A stretch of 64,000 bases of DNA, from the NCBI GenBank assembly GCA_030141605.1, contig JAQGDQ010002392.1, positions 65,946-129,945 on the forward strand, read 5' to 3'. Source of the stretch: Tubiluchus corallicola. Lineage: Eukaryota; Animalia; Priapulida. Each line of letters opens with the position of its first letter. The stretch's first letter is position 1. Shown piece by piece: positions 1 through 10,309 of this stretch. Below the pieces are notes generated by a model that was not told where the DNA came from, ran no database searches, and worked only from the letters and a program-made list of their open reading frames with translations. Both the position numbers and the translations under genes were made by a program.

Positions 1-224
1 ATCCTACACAAAAAGACATTGAAAATATAGCAGAAGGCTTTATTCACGCATATCTTACTTACAAAAATTTAGGCCACGAGGGAGCTGAATACTACCTATG
101 GGCACTAAAAGAAATAGATGTAGAGCACATTATAGAAAAATACAAAGACCAAATAGACCCATACGACTTGGAGATAATGAAGAAAATAAAATTTATACCC
201 AAAAACAAACTAAGAAAAGAATAA
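1..224 (+). CDS. 3' end of a hypothetical protein (partial, starts before the window)
   Basis: Frame 3 is open from base 3 (PTQKDIENIAEGFIHAYLTY...KNKLRKE) to TAA at 222-224. It converges on the GT2 gene. No family recognised. Confidence 0.6.
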   Translation, partial: PTQKDIENIAEGFIHAYLTYKNLGHEGAEYYLWALKEIDVEHIIEKYKDQIDPYDLEIMKKIKFIPKNKLRKE

Positions 225-271
225 CTAATATTTGGAAACTAAAAAGCAAAATATATATCTTCTACAACTTA

Positions 272-1219
272 CTACAACTCCTCTGACACTTGGTACATAT
301 CTCTTATAGCAGAATTTCTATAAATAAGTTCTGCTACAAAGCCTGCTAAGAACAACTGTGTTCCCAAAACCATTGTAATAAGAGCAATGTAGAAATACGG
401 ATTTTCGGTAACTAAGATTGTATCTACTCCCTCATGTAGGTAATACAACTTTTGAATACCTATAACAGCAGAAAATATAAATCCAAAAATAAACATCAGT
501 GTCCCCCAAAAGCCAAATAGATGCATTGGGCGTTTCCCAAAACGGGTCATAAACAGAACTGTCATAAGGTCTAAGAAACCTCTCAAAAAACGCTCTAAGC
601 CAAACTTAGTTTTTCCATATTTCCTTGCCTGATGTTCTACTACTTTTTCCCCTATCTTTGCAAAACCAGCCTCCTTTGCCAGAAAAGGAACATACCTGTG
701 CATTTCACCATATACCTCTATATTTTTTACTACATTTTGTTTGTAAGCCTTCAATCCACAGTTGAAATCGTGCAACTTTATACCTGAAAACAAACGAGCA
801 GCAGAATTAAAAAACTTACTTGGAAGCCTTTTGCCAATAGAATCGTATCTTTTTTTCTTCCAGCCTGACACCAAGTCGTAATCATCGTTCTTTATCATAT
901 TGTAAAGCTCTGGAATTTCTTCAGGGCTATCTTGTAAATCAGCATCCATTGTAACTACCACATCACCTTTTACCGCCTTAAATCCACAATACAATGCTGC
1001 TGATTTGCCATAATTACGCCTCAATCGAATGCCACGTACCTCTTTATTAGCAGTAGACAATTGTTCCACTACTTCCCAAGATCCATCACTACTACCATCA
1101 TCTACAAAAATTACCTCATATAAGAATCTATGCTTATTCATAGTCCTTTGTATCCACTCACAAAGTTCAACTAACGACTCTTCCTCGTTATACAAAGACA
1201 CAATAATAGAAATATCCAT
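272..1219 (-). CDS. Glycosyltransferase family 2 (ArnC/DPM-like, bactoprenol glucosyltransferase-like)
   Basis: 315 aa; SIIVSLYNEEE, VDDGSSD, MDADLQD, HDFNCGLKAY motifs; two C-terminal TM helices. Confidence 0.9.
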   Translation of the reverse strand: MDISIIVSLYNEEESLVELCEWIQRTMNKHRFLYEVIFVDDGSSDGSWEVVEQLSTANKEVRGIRLRRNYGKSAALYCGFKAVKGDVVVTMDADLQDSPEEIPELYNMIKNDDYDLVSGWKKKRYDSIGKRLPSKFFNSAARLFSGIKLHDFNCGLKAYKQNVVKNIEVYGEMHRYVPFLAKEAGFAKIGEKVVEHQARKYGKTKFGLERFLRGFLDLMTVLFMTRFGKRPMHLFGFWGTLMFIFGFIFSAVIGIQKLYYLHEGVDTILVTENPYFYIALITMVLGTQLFLAGFVAELIYRNSAIRDMYQVSEEL

Positions 1220-1691
1220 CTTTTATTTATATTCAAGCTAACAATATGATAAAAAGAGAATAATAGAAAAAGCATTCCTTATAAGATTGTTTTTTCATTT
1301 TGGCAATCTTGTTTTTCTTATACCTAAATCATTAAAACAATTTATCTTTTCTATATGCTCCATGATAATTGTATTATCAATTGGTGAAAAATAGTATGCA
1401 ATGTTAGTGTCATTCTTGAATTTTGTGATAGCAAAATATCAAGAATCTTAAAACGCATAAGATACTTGCTTTTGCAACTATTACATACTGCTTACTACCA
1501 AATCTTCTAATATATTATTCGTTCTCTCTTCACTTTAACGAACAAAGCCGCAAATTTAAACATCTATAATAACTTTACAAACTTTTTATTTTACAGAAAA
1601 ACAAAGATTACATATAGTTTTCTTAATAAAGGTTTACCTATTTAGACTACCTATACAGCCTTAACATATTTTACCTTATGTTTATATCTAC

Positions 1692-2681
1692 CTACTTCCT
1701 CAAAGAAATAACCTGCCCTTCGGTAACTTCATCCCCCACATTCATATTATTTTTCTGATACAATTTATCTAATCTTAAACCAAATTTTTGAGAAATAGAA
1801 TACAAGGTTTCTCCTTCCTGCACTTTGTAGTGTTTATTTTTTCTGGTTGTTCTCTTCCTTTTTCCCTCTATATATACTATTACATCTTTTTTTAATTTAG
1901 CCCCTTGCTCTAAATCATTAAACTGATAAATTTGCCACAATCTCAAATCGTAATACTCTGCCAAACTCTCAAAAGTATCTCCATCTCTTGAAACAACATA
2001 TTTCACACGGTTATTCTCAGCCACAAAACGTTGCTCTGGGTCTTCTATTTCAAAATTATCAATATCCTCGAAACGTTCCATTTTAATATCCTTTACACTT
2101 ACCACCTCTGTAGCTTTCAGCTTGCCATAATCATATTTTATTTGTCTTTTATCGTAATTATACAAAGAATATCTTTCAATAAGGCTTATCAACTTTTCTG
2201 CATAATCAGGTGCTGTAGCATAACCCGCTTTTTTCAGTCCTTTCGACCATCCTTTATAGTCCGTTTGTTTCAATTCAAATAAAGAAGAGTAACGCCCCCT
2301 ATTGGCTAAAAAGTCCGAATGATCTACATATGAACCATATACTGATGGATATTTCCTAAAACACTCTCCTTTCTCATCATCATCGTGATATACCCTGTCC
2401 CCACTCCAAGAAGAATGACATTTGATACCAAAATGATTGTTAGACTTACGTGCCAAGGTACTATTTCCACTACCCGACTCCAAAATACCTTGAGCCAAGG
2501 TAATACTTGCAGGAACACCTGCACGTTTCATTTCCTTTATCGCCAATTGATTGTACTTTTCGATATATTCCTCTGGAGTTATTTTTTTATCCTTTGCCAA
2601 CATATCAGAAGTAGCCAACACCCCTACAACTATCACTACCGTAAATACTTTATAAACACTTAGCATATCTATCTTATTCAT
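1692..2681 (-). CDS. Glucosaminidase (GH73) with LysM domains
   Basis: ASITLAQGILESG, NNHFGIKC, GYATAPDY; C-terminal LysM (YKVQEGETLYSISQKFG); N-terminal signal peptide. Confidence 0.9.
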   Translation of the reverse strand: MNKIDMLSVYKVFTVVIVVGVLATSDMLAKDKKITPEEYIEKYNQLAIKEMKRAGVPASITLAQGILESGSGNSTLARKSNNHFGIKCHSSWSGDRVYHDDDEKGECFRKYPSVYGSYVDHSDFLANRGRYSSLFELKQTDYKGWSKGLKKAGYATAPDYAEKLISLIERYSLYNYDKRQIKYDYGKLKATEVVSVKDIKMERFEDIDNFEIEDPEQRFVAENNRVKYVVSRDGDTFESLAEYYDLRLWQIYQFNDLEQGAKLKKDVIVYIEGKRKRTTRKNKHYKVQEGETLYSISQKFGLRLDKLYQKNNMNVGDEVTEGQVISLRK

Positions 2682-2950
2682 TTAGATAACAGATTCTTAT
2701 TTAGCAATAAAAACAATGTATAGCCCCAAATTGTTAGAAGATATTTTATTATGTATTAAAAACTTCCTAATACCTTTTACTATCACAATAGTAAGAAATA
2801 TAGCAATACTATATATAAATATCTACCAACTTTCAAATCACTGTACTTATTTCCTCTGCAAATATAATTTGATATTCTTAAACAAAAAAAACTTAATTTT
2901 ACCTTTTTTATAAAAAAAGTAATAATTAGAAAATACTGCTACCCCTCTTT

Positions 2951-3697
2951 ATGAATAACAACAAAATAAGACACCAATTCAAAAAAAGCATTCCCACTTA
3001 TAACGAATATGCCACTATACAAAAAAAAATATGTAACACTCTTATAACTTTACTAAAACAACAATCTATTAGCACATATTCCAATATATTAGAAATAGGA
3101 AGTGGAACAGGATTACTAACCAAGCAAATAGCAATAAATTTCGCTTACAACAATTTAAATATCAACGATTTAGTTCCAGAAATGGAAAACCAGTTAAAAC
3201 AAATCGTTCCCAATTTCACAAAATTCATAGCGGGCGATGCTGAAAAAATAGCCCTACCACAAGACCAAGACCTTATAATATCATCCAACACCTTACACTG
3301 GTTTAATCACTTGGAAGCCTTCTTCCTCAAAATCAGCAACCATCTTTCTCCTGATGGTACACTGGCTTTCTCCACTTTCGGACCAAAAAACTTTGTAGAA
3401 ATAAAAAAAAACCTCAACATATCCCTGAACTACCTGACTACTGAGCAAATAAAAGAACTACTACAAAAAAAATTCAATATTATAGCCCACAAAGAAGAAA
3501 CTCAAACTTTATATTTCGACACACCCTACCAAGTATTACAGCACTTAAAAGCCACAGGTACTAATAGTTTAAAGAATTTACGATGGACAAAGCAAAAACT
3601 AGCCCAGTTTACAGACGATTACATTGAAAAATGCAACACCCCAAAGGGGCTGACACTCACCTATCATCCGTTATATTTCATAGCAAGAAAAAAATAA
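2951..3697 (+). CDS. bioC: Malonyl-ACP O-methyltransferase
   Basis: SAM motif ILEIGSGTG; FSTFGPKNF, HLKATG and LTYHPLY motifs typical of BioC. Confidence 0.8.
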   Translation: MNNNKIRHQFKKSIPTYNEYATIQKKICNTLITLLKQQSISTYSNILEIGSGTGLLTKQIAINFAYNNLNINDLVPEMENQLKQIVPNFTKFIAGDAEKIALPQDQDLIISSNTLHWFNHLEAFFLKISNHLSPDGTLAFSTFGPKNFVEIKKNLNISLNYLTTEQIKELLQKKFNIIAHKEETQTLYFDTPYQVLQHLKATGTNSLKNLRWTKQKLAQFTDDYIEKCNTPKGLTLTYHPLYFIARKK

Positions 3698-3859
3698 TTA
3701 CAATAACAACATATAGTTTACATTAAGCTATTTACAACATATGGCTAATAATTCTCTTCTCAGCATATTTGAACGAGTTATTAATCATTTCCTAAATAAT
3801 TTTCTACCACAACAAGAGCTAATCCGAGTTAAATAAATGCAGTTAATTATTACTCAATA

Positions 3860-3893
3860 AAAAAGGCTATCCTTAAAAAAGAATAGCCTTTTT
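3860..3893. terminator. Bidirectional intrinsic terminator between bioC and gap
   Basis: AAAAAGGCTAT...ATAGCCTTTTT inverted repeat between convergent genes. Confidence 0.75.
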
Positions 3894-3910
3894 ACATATG
3901 CAAGTAAATG

Positions 3911-4915
3911 CTAACTGAAAAGTTTTTCAGCCAAATCTATTACACGTGCCGAATATCCCCACTCATTATCGTACCAAGAAAGTATTTTTATTGTTTTTCC
4001 TTGCGACATAGTAGCAGAGGCATCAAATATTGATGAATGTGGATTATGTATCACATCTACTGATACTATTGGGTCTTCTGTGTATTCTAAAATACCTTTC
4101 ATTGGCCCTTCTGCAGCTTTTTTAACAGCAGCGTTTATTTGTTCTTTTGTAGCTTCTTTTTTAAGATTAACCACCAAGTCTACCACTGAGCCTGTAGGAG
4201 TTGGAACTCTTACAGCCATTCCGTCTAATTTACCAGCCAAATCAGGTATTATTTTACCCACTGCAGAAGCTGCTCCCGTAGTAGTAGGTATTTGTGAAAT
4301 AGCTGCCGAACGAGCTCTTCTTAAATCAGAATGTGGTGCATCCAAAATAGTTTGGTCATTAGTGTAAGAGTGGATAGTAGTCATTAGTCCATTTTCAATA
4401 CCAAACTCATCGTTCAACACTTTAGCTACTGGTGCAAGACAATTGGTAGTACAAGAAGCATTAGATACACACTCGTCAGAAGATTTCAGTGCATCGTCAT
4501 TTACACCAAGCACTATCATATTATCTATTTTATCTTTAGCAGGAACAGTAAGGATAACCTTTTTAGCTCCATTTTTCAAGTGGTCGCCATAACCCCCTCT
4601 ATCACTTTCTTTTTTTGTAAAAATACCAGTAGATTCTATTACTACATCAGGTGTTTCGCCCCAAGGAATATTAGCAGGGTTTCTTTCCGCTGATATTTTT
4701 ATTTTCTTTCCATTCACAATAATTCCTTCGCTATCATAATCTACTTTTCCTTCGAACCTACCTTGTGTAGAATCATATTTTAGCAAATGTGCTAGTGTCT
4801 TAGTGTCTGTTAGGTCATTAATACCTACTATTTCAAAACCTTGCCTCTCTATGGCAATCTTAAAAACATTACGCCCAATACGACCAAAACCGTTAATTGC
4901 TACTTTTATTGACAT
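3911..4915 (-). CDS. gap: Glyceraldehyde-3-phosphate dehydrogenase, type I
   Basis: [26 protein letters not shown]. Confidence 0.98.
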   Translation of the reverse strand: MSIKVAINGFGRIGRNVFKIAIERQGFEIVGINDLTDTKTLAHLLKYDSTQGRFEGKVDYDSEGIIVNGKKIKISAERNPANIPWGETPDVVIESTGIFTKKESDRGGYGDHLKNGAKKVILTVPAKDKIDNMIVLGVNDDALKSSDECVSNASCTTNCLAPVAKVLNDEFGIENGLMTTIHSYTNDQTILDAPHSDLRRARSAAISQIPTTTGAASAVGKIIPDLAGKLDGMAVRVPTPTGSVVDLVVNLKKEATKEQINAAVKKAAEGPMKGILEYTEDPIVSVDVIHNPHSSIFDASATMSQGKTIKILSWYDNEWGYSARVIDLAEKLFS

Positions 4916-4954
4916 TTTTAATGTAATTTTAAAATTAATAAAAACTTAACTTAT

Positions 4955-5089
4955 TTATATATTATTTTGATTGTTTATATCCACTTGCGAATATGCTGGA
5001 CAAGGAATAGACTTCTTGTTTACACCACAAGAGCTAACTGCCAACAAAGTAACAACTAAAACAATAGTAAGAAACACTATTTTCTTCAT
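4955..5089 (-). CDS. Small (44 aa) putative lipoprotein with CPAY motif
   Basis: Hand-translated: MKKIVFLTIVLVVTLLAVSSC-GVNKKSIPCPAYSQVDINNQNNI*. Has a lipoprotein signal and lipobox Cys, with a promoter motif at 5151-5158. Below the ORF-track cutoff. Confidence 0.75.
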   Translation of the reverse strand: MKKIVFLTIVLVVTLLAVSSCGVNKKSIPCPAYSQVDINNQNNI

Positions 5090-5150
5090 AATTTTGCCTA
5101 TTTATTTATTCACTCTATCTTCTATAAATTATAACTAAGATAAAAGTACG

Positions 5151-5158
5151 CAAAAATA
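5151..5158 (-). promoter_or_regulatory. Bacteroidota -7 promoter element (TATTTTTG) for the small lipoprotein and gap
   Basis: CAAAAATA on the + strand is TAnnTTTG on the - strand. Confidence 0.55.
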
Positions 5159-5191
5159 ATGAATTTTTCTTATGTGCAAGGTTTTTATTTT

Positions 5192-5199
5192 TATTTTTG
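5192..5199 (+). promoter_or_regulatory. Bacteroidota -7 promoter element for kdsA
   Basis: TATTTTTG about 35 nt before the kdsA ATG; divergent from the previous element. Confidence 0.55.
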
Positions 5200-5234
5200 C
5201 AATAATAATTTTACGAATTTTATACACTACTTAA

Positions 5235-6068
5235 ATGAATTCCGCTGGTATTCTAAAAAAAATCGGTAAAATAAAATTTATAGACAAAGGAAATTTTTTT
5301 CTGCTTGGAGGTCCTTGTGTGGTAGAGAGCGAAAAACTTTGTATGGAAGTGGCAGAAAAGATTGTAGCTATTACAGATAAATTGAAAATTCCTTATATAT
5401 TCAAGGCTTCATTTCGTAAAGCTAATCGTTCGCGTATAGACTCTTTCACTGGTATTGGAGACGAAAAAGCTTTGAAAGTACTAAAAAAGATAAGCAACAC
5501 CTATCATATTCCTGTAGTTACTGATATACACAGTGTAAAAGATGCGGAGCTATCTGCCAAATATGTGGATATGTTGCAAATCCCAGCCTTTCTTTGTAGA
5601 CAAACAGATTTATTGGTAGCCGCTGCAAAAACAGACAAAGTGATAAATATTAAAAAAGGACAATTTTTATCGGCTACTTCAATGAGATTTGCTGTAGACA
5701 AAGTAATACAATCTGGCAACGACAAAGTAATACTTACAGATAGAGGGACTGTATTTGGCTATCAAGACTTAATAGTAGACTATCGCGGAATACCTGAAAT
5801 GCAAGCAATGGGCGTTCCCGTTGTAATAGATGCTACCCACTCACTGCAAGAGCCGAACCAGCCTTCGGGTGTCTCAGGAGGAAAACCCGAACTGATTGAA
5901 ACCATTGCTCGTGCTGGCATATCCGTAGGAGCCGACGGTATTTTTATTGAAACACATCCCAACCCTTCTGTGGCTAAATCAGATGGTGCCAATATGCTAC
6001 ACCTAGACTATTTAGAAAATTTATTAGAACGATTGGTGGCTATAAGAAAAGTGGTGAATTCCTTTTAA
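5235..6068 (+). CDS. kdsA: KDO 8-phosphate synthase
   Basis: GPCVVES, KASFRKANRS, QIPAFLCRQTDL, DATHSLQ, SDG motifs. Confidence 0.97.
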   Translation: MNSAGILKKIGKIKFIDKGNFFLLGGPCVVESEKLCMEVAEKIVAITDKLKIPYIFKASFRKANRSRIDSFTGIGDEKALKVLKKISNTYHIPVVTDIHSVKDAELSAKYVDMLQIPAFLCRQTDLLVAAAKTDKVINIKKGQFLSATSMRFAVDKVIQSGNDKVILTDRGTVFGYQDLIVDYRGIPEMQAMGVPVVIDATHSLQEPNQPSGVSGGKPELIETIARAGISVGADGIFIETHPNPSVAKSDGANMLHLDYLENLLERLVAIRKVVNSF

Positions 6069-6161
6069 GCTTAAATACACTTTATATGTTTAAGCTAATA
6101 ATTAAATACCGTTCTCCTGAAAAATGCTAATATATTTGTCAAATTATAATAAAACAAAGTT

Positions 6162-8828
6162 ATGAATTTTATGAAAAAGTTTTTTTATCTATGTACCTTA
6201 AGTCTTATTGTTTTGTGTAGTTGTTCTGAACAACACCTTATCAAAGATAAAACCTTGAGAAAACAGATTCATCAAGATTTTTCAGAACGAAAAAAGAAAA
6301 TTTCCAACGAAGAAGTATGGCAAATATTTAAAAATAAGAATTTAACTCCACAAGAACGAGAAGCCTTAGAGTTTTTGTATGCTTATATGCCATTGAACGA
6401 TATGGCAGATTATGACGGAGAGTTTTTCTTAAAACAAGTTCAAACAGCTTTAAAAGCAAAAGAAACTTTTAAATGGGGTGAAGAAATTTCGGACGATTTG
6501 TTCCTTTATTTTGTCCTTCCTTATAGGGTTAGTAATGAAAACCTTGATTCTGCCCGCACAGTATTCTTTAAAGAAATAAAACCTCGTGTAGAAAATTTAG
6601 ATTTGAGAGAAGCCATTTTAGAAGTCAACCACTGGTCTCACGAAAAAGTAAGCTACCAAGCATCTGATAGACGTACATCGTCTCCTCTTGCTACACAAAA
6701 GAACGCCTTAGGACGTTGTGGTGAAGAAACCGTTTTTACTGTTGCTGCTTTGAGGGCTGTAGGAATTCCATCACGTCAAGTATATACACCACGTTGGGCT
6801 CATACCGACAACAATCACGCTTGGGTAGAAGCTTGGGCTAATGGCACATGGCACTATTTTGGTGCTTGTGAACCTTCTCCCGATTTGAATATGGGATGGT
6901 TTACAAACCCTACTAAACAAGCTATGCTAACTCACACCAAAACCTTTGGAAACTACCAAGGACCAGAAAATGTTTCAAAAAGAACTCAATACTATACGGA
7001 AATTAACACACTTAGTCATTACACTAAAACAAAAAATATATATGTGCAAGTGGTAGATGCAGCCAACAAGCCCGTTGAAGCTACTGTTGGGTTCTACGTA
7101 TATAATCACGCTGAATTTTCTCCTCTTTTCAGACAAGAGACTAATTCTGATGGAATATGCGAATTTACCACAGGACTGGGAGACTTGTTGATATGGGCTA
7201 ACAAAGAAACTGAGTATGGATATGAAAAAATTTCGGTAAGCGAAATTGATACAGTTCTAATAGCATTGAACAGAAATGATAATACTGAAAAAGAATATAT
7301 TTTAGAATACAATATACACCCACCTACTGATGAAAACTTTGGTAGCCTTGTACCTCCTAATGTTACTGCTGAACAAGAGCAGCAAAACAACATAAGATTA
7401 GAAAGAGAGGATTCCATTCGCACAGGTTATGAAAATACTTTTATGACCCAAGAAAATGCTTATAAATTGGCACAAAAATATTCATTAGACAAAGAAAGGG
7501 TGTGGGGTGTAATGAACAAAAGTAGAGGAAACTGGGAAGAGATACAAAAGTTTATTGAAAAAACATCTGTCGATAAAAGAGAATGGATACTTCCTTTTTT
7601 GGAAGTAGTAGCAGAGAAGGATTTGCACGATATGACACAAAAAATAGCAGCAGCAGAATTTAAAAGAGCATTCACTTACTTCGATGCTAAGTTAGATAAG
7701 GATATGTTCACTAAATACATATTAAATCCCCGTGTAAGAAATGAAATGATAGTGTCTTACAAAAACCATTTCCAAGAAAAACTACCTCAAAACTTCCAAA
7801 AAGAAGCAAGACAAAACCCAGAAGTCTTGTTCAACTTTGTAAAAGAAAATGTAAAGATAGACAAAGGAGAAGTGTTCTACACTTGCCCCATTACTCCTAT
7901 TGGAGTACATAAGTTAATGCTATCTGATGCAATATCAAGAGACATTTATTTTGTAGCTCTTTGTAGAAGTTTAGGAATTCCTGCACGTTTAGCTGAAGGA
8001 ACAGAAACACCACAATATTATTTCAACCAGCAGTGGTATAATGCTAACTTTGTTGCCAATGAATCACCTACAAAAATAGAAGAAGGCTTTTTGCAGTTGC
8101 AACACAATATTGCAAGCGGCGAGCTAGAACCTAAGTATAGGCAACATTTTTCATTAGCCAAGTTTGACGATGGTGTTTATAAAACATTAAAATACCCATT
8201 TGCACAAACAGTCAAAAAATTTCCTAAAAACATTCCACTAGAAGAGGGAAGCTATCTTTTAGTTACAGGCAATAGAATGAAAGACGGCTCAGTATTGTCA
8301 TATTTAAACTTTTTTGCTATTAAACCTAATACTACTAAAAAAATAGCAATGAAAATAAGAACTTCTTCTGCTTTGGATGAATATATTTATGGAAATTTGG
8401 ACACAAAATTATCCGTGTTCTCTTTTGAAAATAAAGAAGAGAAAAAGATAAACGACCTATTCTCAAAACCCAATACTATCCTAATGTGGTTAGAACCAGA
8501 TAGAGAGCCAACAAAACACGTTTTGAACGATTTGAAGGCTTTGTACAATGAATTTAACGAATGGGGTGGAGATATAGCACTACTATTGCACAAAGATAAA
8601 ATTACCTCTTCTTTCAAACCAATAGATGGGCTACCAGTAAAAGGTAAATTCTATATGGACGAAGAAAAAAATGTTTCTAAAGCAGTTGCCCAGAGCACAG
8701 AAAAAGACTTAGTAGAATATCCTATCATATTGGTATTAAATAACAAAGGAGAGATAAGCTTTTTATCGCAAGGCTATAAAATTGGCTTGGGCGAACAAGT
8801 TCTCAAAATAGTAAACGCCAATAATTAA
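6162..8828 (+). CDS. Transglutaminase-like domain lipoprotein
   Basis: Lipoprotein signal (LCSC); GRCGEET, NNHAWVE and GACEP; a second degenerate TGase-like motif (ALCRSLGIPAR); TATATTTG promoter motif at 6131-6138. Confidence 0.85.
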   Translation: MNFMKKFFYLCTLSLIVLCSCSEQHLIKDKTLRKQIHQDFSERKKKISNEEVWQIFKNKNLTPQEREALEFLYAYMPLNDMADYDGEFFLKQVQTALKAKETFKWGEEISDDLFLYFVLPYRVSNENLDSARTVFFKEIKPRVENLDLREAILEVNHWSHEKVSYQASDRRTSSPLATQKNALGRCGEETVFTVAALRAVGIPSRQVYTPRWAHTDNNHAWVEAWANGTWHYFGACEPSPDLNMGWFTNPTKQAMLTHTKTFGNYQGPENVSKRTQYYTEINTLSHYTKTKNIYVQVVDAANKPVEATVGFYVYNHAEFSPLFRQETNSDGICEFTTGLGDLLIWANKETEYGYEKISVSEIDTVLIALNRNDNTEKEYILEYNIHPPTDENFGSLVPPNVTAEQEQQNNIRLEREDSIRTGYENTFMTQENAYKLAQKYSLDKERVWGVMNKSRGNWEEIQKFIEKTSVDKREWILPFLEVVAEKDLHDMTQKIAAAEFKRAFTYFDAKLDKDMFTKYILNPRVRNEMIVSYKNHFQEKLPQNFQKEARQNPEVLFNFVKENVKIDKGEVFYTCPITPIGVHKLMLSDAISRDIYFVALCRSLGIPARLAEGTETPQYYFNQQWYNANFVANESPTKIEEGFLQLQHNIASGELEPKYRQHFSLAKFDDGVYKTLKYPFAQTVKKFPKNIPLEEGSYLLVTGNRMKDGSVLSYLNFFAIKPNTTKKIAMKIRTSSALDEYIYGNLDTKLSVFSFENKEEKKINDLFSKPNTILMWLEPDREPTKHVLNDLKALYNEFNEWGGDIALLLHKDKITSSFKPIDGLPVKGKFYMDEEKNVSKAVAQSTEKDLVEYPIILVLNNKGEISFLSQGYKIGLGEQVLKIVNANN

Positions 8829-8854
8829 AGTTAGAAAGAACAAATTTTATAACA

Positions 8855-8894
8855 ATACAAAAAAAGAACGCAAATTTGCGTTCTTTTTTTGTAT
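8855..8894. terminator. Bidirectional intrinsic terminator (perfect 40-bp palindrome)
   Basis: ATACAAAAAAAGAACGCAAA|TTTGCGTTCTTTTTTTGTAT between convergent genes. Confidence 0.85.
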
Positions 8895-8940
8895 AATAAT
8901 AGCGAGAAAAAGTTACTGCTTAGCCATAATCGTCTTAGTC

Positions 8941-10208
8941 TTATAGTTGTAGCAATGTTTTTTCTTCATCTTGTCCTCCAAGTAACATCTTGTAAGGACT
9001 TTCTATCATTTGTTTCACTTTGAAAAGAAAAGTTACAGAATCCTTACCATCTATTATTCTATGGTCGTAAGATAAAGCAACATACATCATTGGACGTATT
9101 TCAACTTTACCATTGATGGCCACAGGACGCTCTACAATATTGTGCATACCAAGTATAGCAGACTGTGGCGGGTTGATAATAGGTGTTGAAAGCAGTGAAC
9201 CAAATACACCCCCATTGGTAATAGTAAATGTGCCACCCGTCATTTCTTCTATGGAAAGTTTCTTGTCGCGAGCCTTTTGAGCCAATTGTTGTATGGCTTG
9301 CTCTGTTTGAGGTATTGTAAGGCTTTCTGCATTTTTCACTATTGGCACCATTAGTCCTTTGGGAGTTTGCACAGCAATACCTACATCGCTATATTGATGA
9401 CGTATAATTTCCTCTCCGTCTATCATTGCATTAACATTAGGATGCTGCTGCAAAGCCATAGCAGCTGCCTTAGTAAAAAAGGACATAAAGCCCAATTTGA
9501 TATTATGCGTATTTTGAAACTGTTTCTGATACTTCTTACGTAAAGCCATTACATTGCTCATATCTATTTCATTGAATGTAGTGAGCATTGCAGTTTCATT
9601 TTTAACTGCTACAAGGCGTTTACTTAGCTTTCTTCGCAGAGCTGTCATTCTTTCTCTCTCCTCGCTGCGAGATTTTTCTCCCGAAATAAAAGAAGTAGCC
9701 AACGTTCCCCCTCCCCCCTTGTTATTTGCTACTACTTCTACATCTTTTTTAGTTATTTTTCTTAGTCCCGCTACAACATCTTCTACCGACAAATTATACT
9801 CCTCCATCAACTTTTGAGCAAGTGGTGTGGTCTTTACATTTTCAAGTTCCGTTCCGTAGGCTTAGAAGATTGTTCAGAAACGTTTGTAGGTGTTTTCACC
9901 TCGGACAGTGCTGTTTTCTGCTCTGTTTCTTGAATAACATTTTGCTCAGGATGAGCGGGTGCTTCTTTTTCGAAGGCTGTATCTATACTACAAACAAGAC
10001 TACCTACTGGTATCGTCTCTCCTTCAGTAGCAATTATTTTTATCTTTCCGGCTGCTTCTGCAGCAAGTTCAAGGGTAGCTTTGTCCGATTCTACTTCCGC
10101 TATCTGCTGCCCTTTTGCAACAATATCACCATCAGCAACAAGCCAAGAAGCTACTTCTACTTCTGATATTGACTCTCCCGGACTAGGTGCTTTTATTTCA
10201 ACTATCAT
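8941..10208 (-). pseudogene. sucB: 2-oxoglutarate dehydrogenase E2 (dihydrolipoyl succinyltransferase), frameshifted into a lipoyl-domain ORF (9834-10208) and a catalytic ORF (8941-9810)
   Basis: Lipoyl motif VESDKATLE in the upstream ORF; SYDHRIIDG and GTFTITNGG in the downstream ORF. GTTCC is tandemly duplicated at 9846-9855, and removing one copy fuses the frames (...[22 protein letters not shown]...). Confidence 0.9.
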
Positions 10209-10309
10209 TTTTTTGTATCTTTAATTGCAAAACTATATTAAAAATAAAAATTTGAAAACTTATATGCAGTTTTACGCCTATTTACAGAAACACCTAAATA
10301 CAGCATTAC

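Noticed and set aside
98-286. 62-aa ORF from the track
   Set aside because: It overlaps a more protein-like frame-3 ORF entering from outside the window.
1220-1690. 470-bp spacer upstream of the GT2 gene as an ncRNA, riboswitch or gene remnant
   Set aside because: No convincing stem structure, known motif or residual reading frame seen; only a promoter-like CAAATTTA at 1551-1558.
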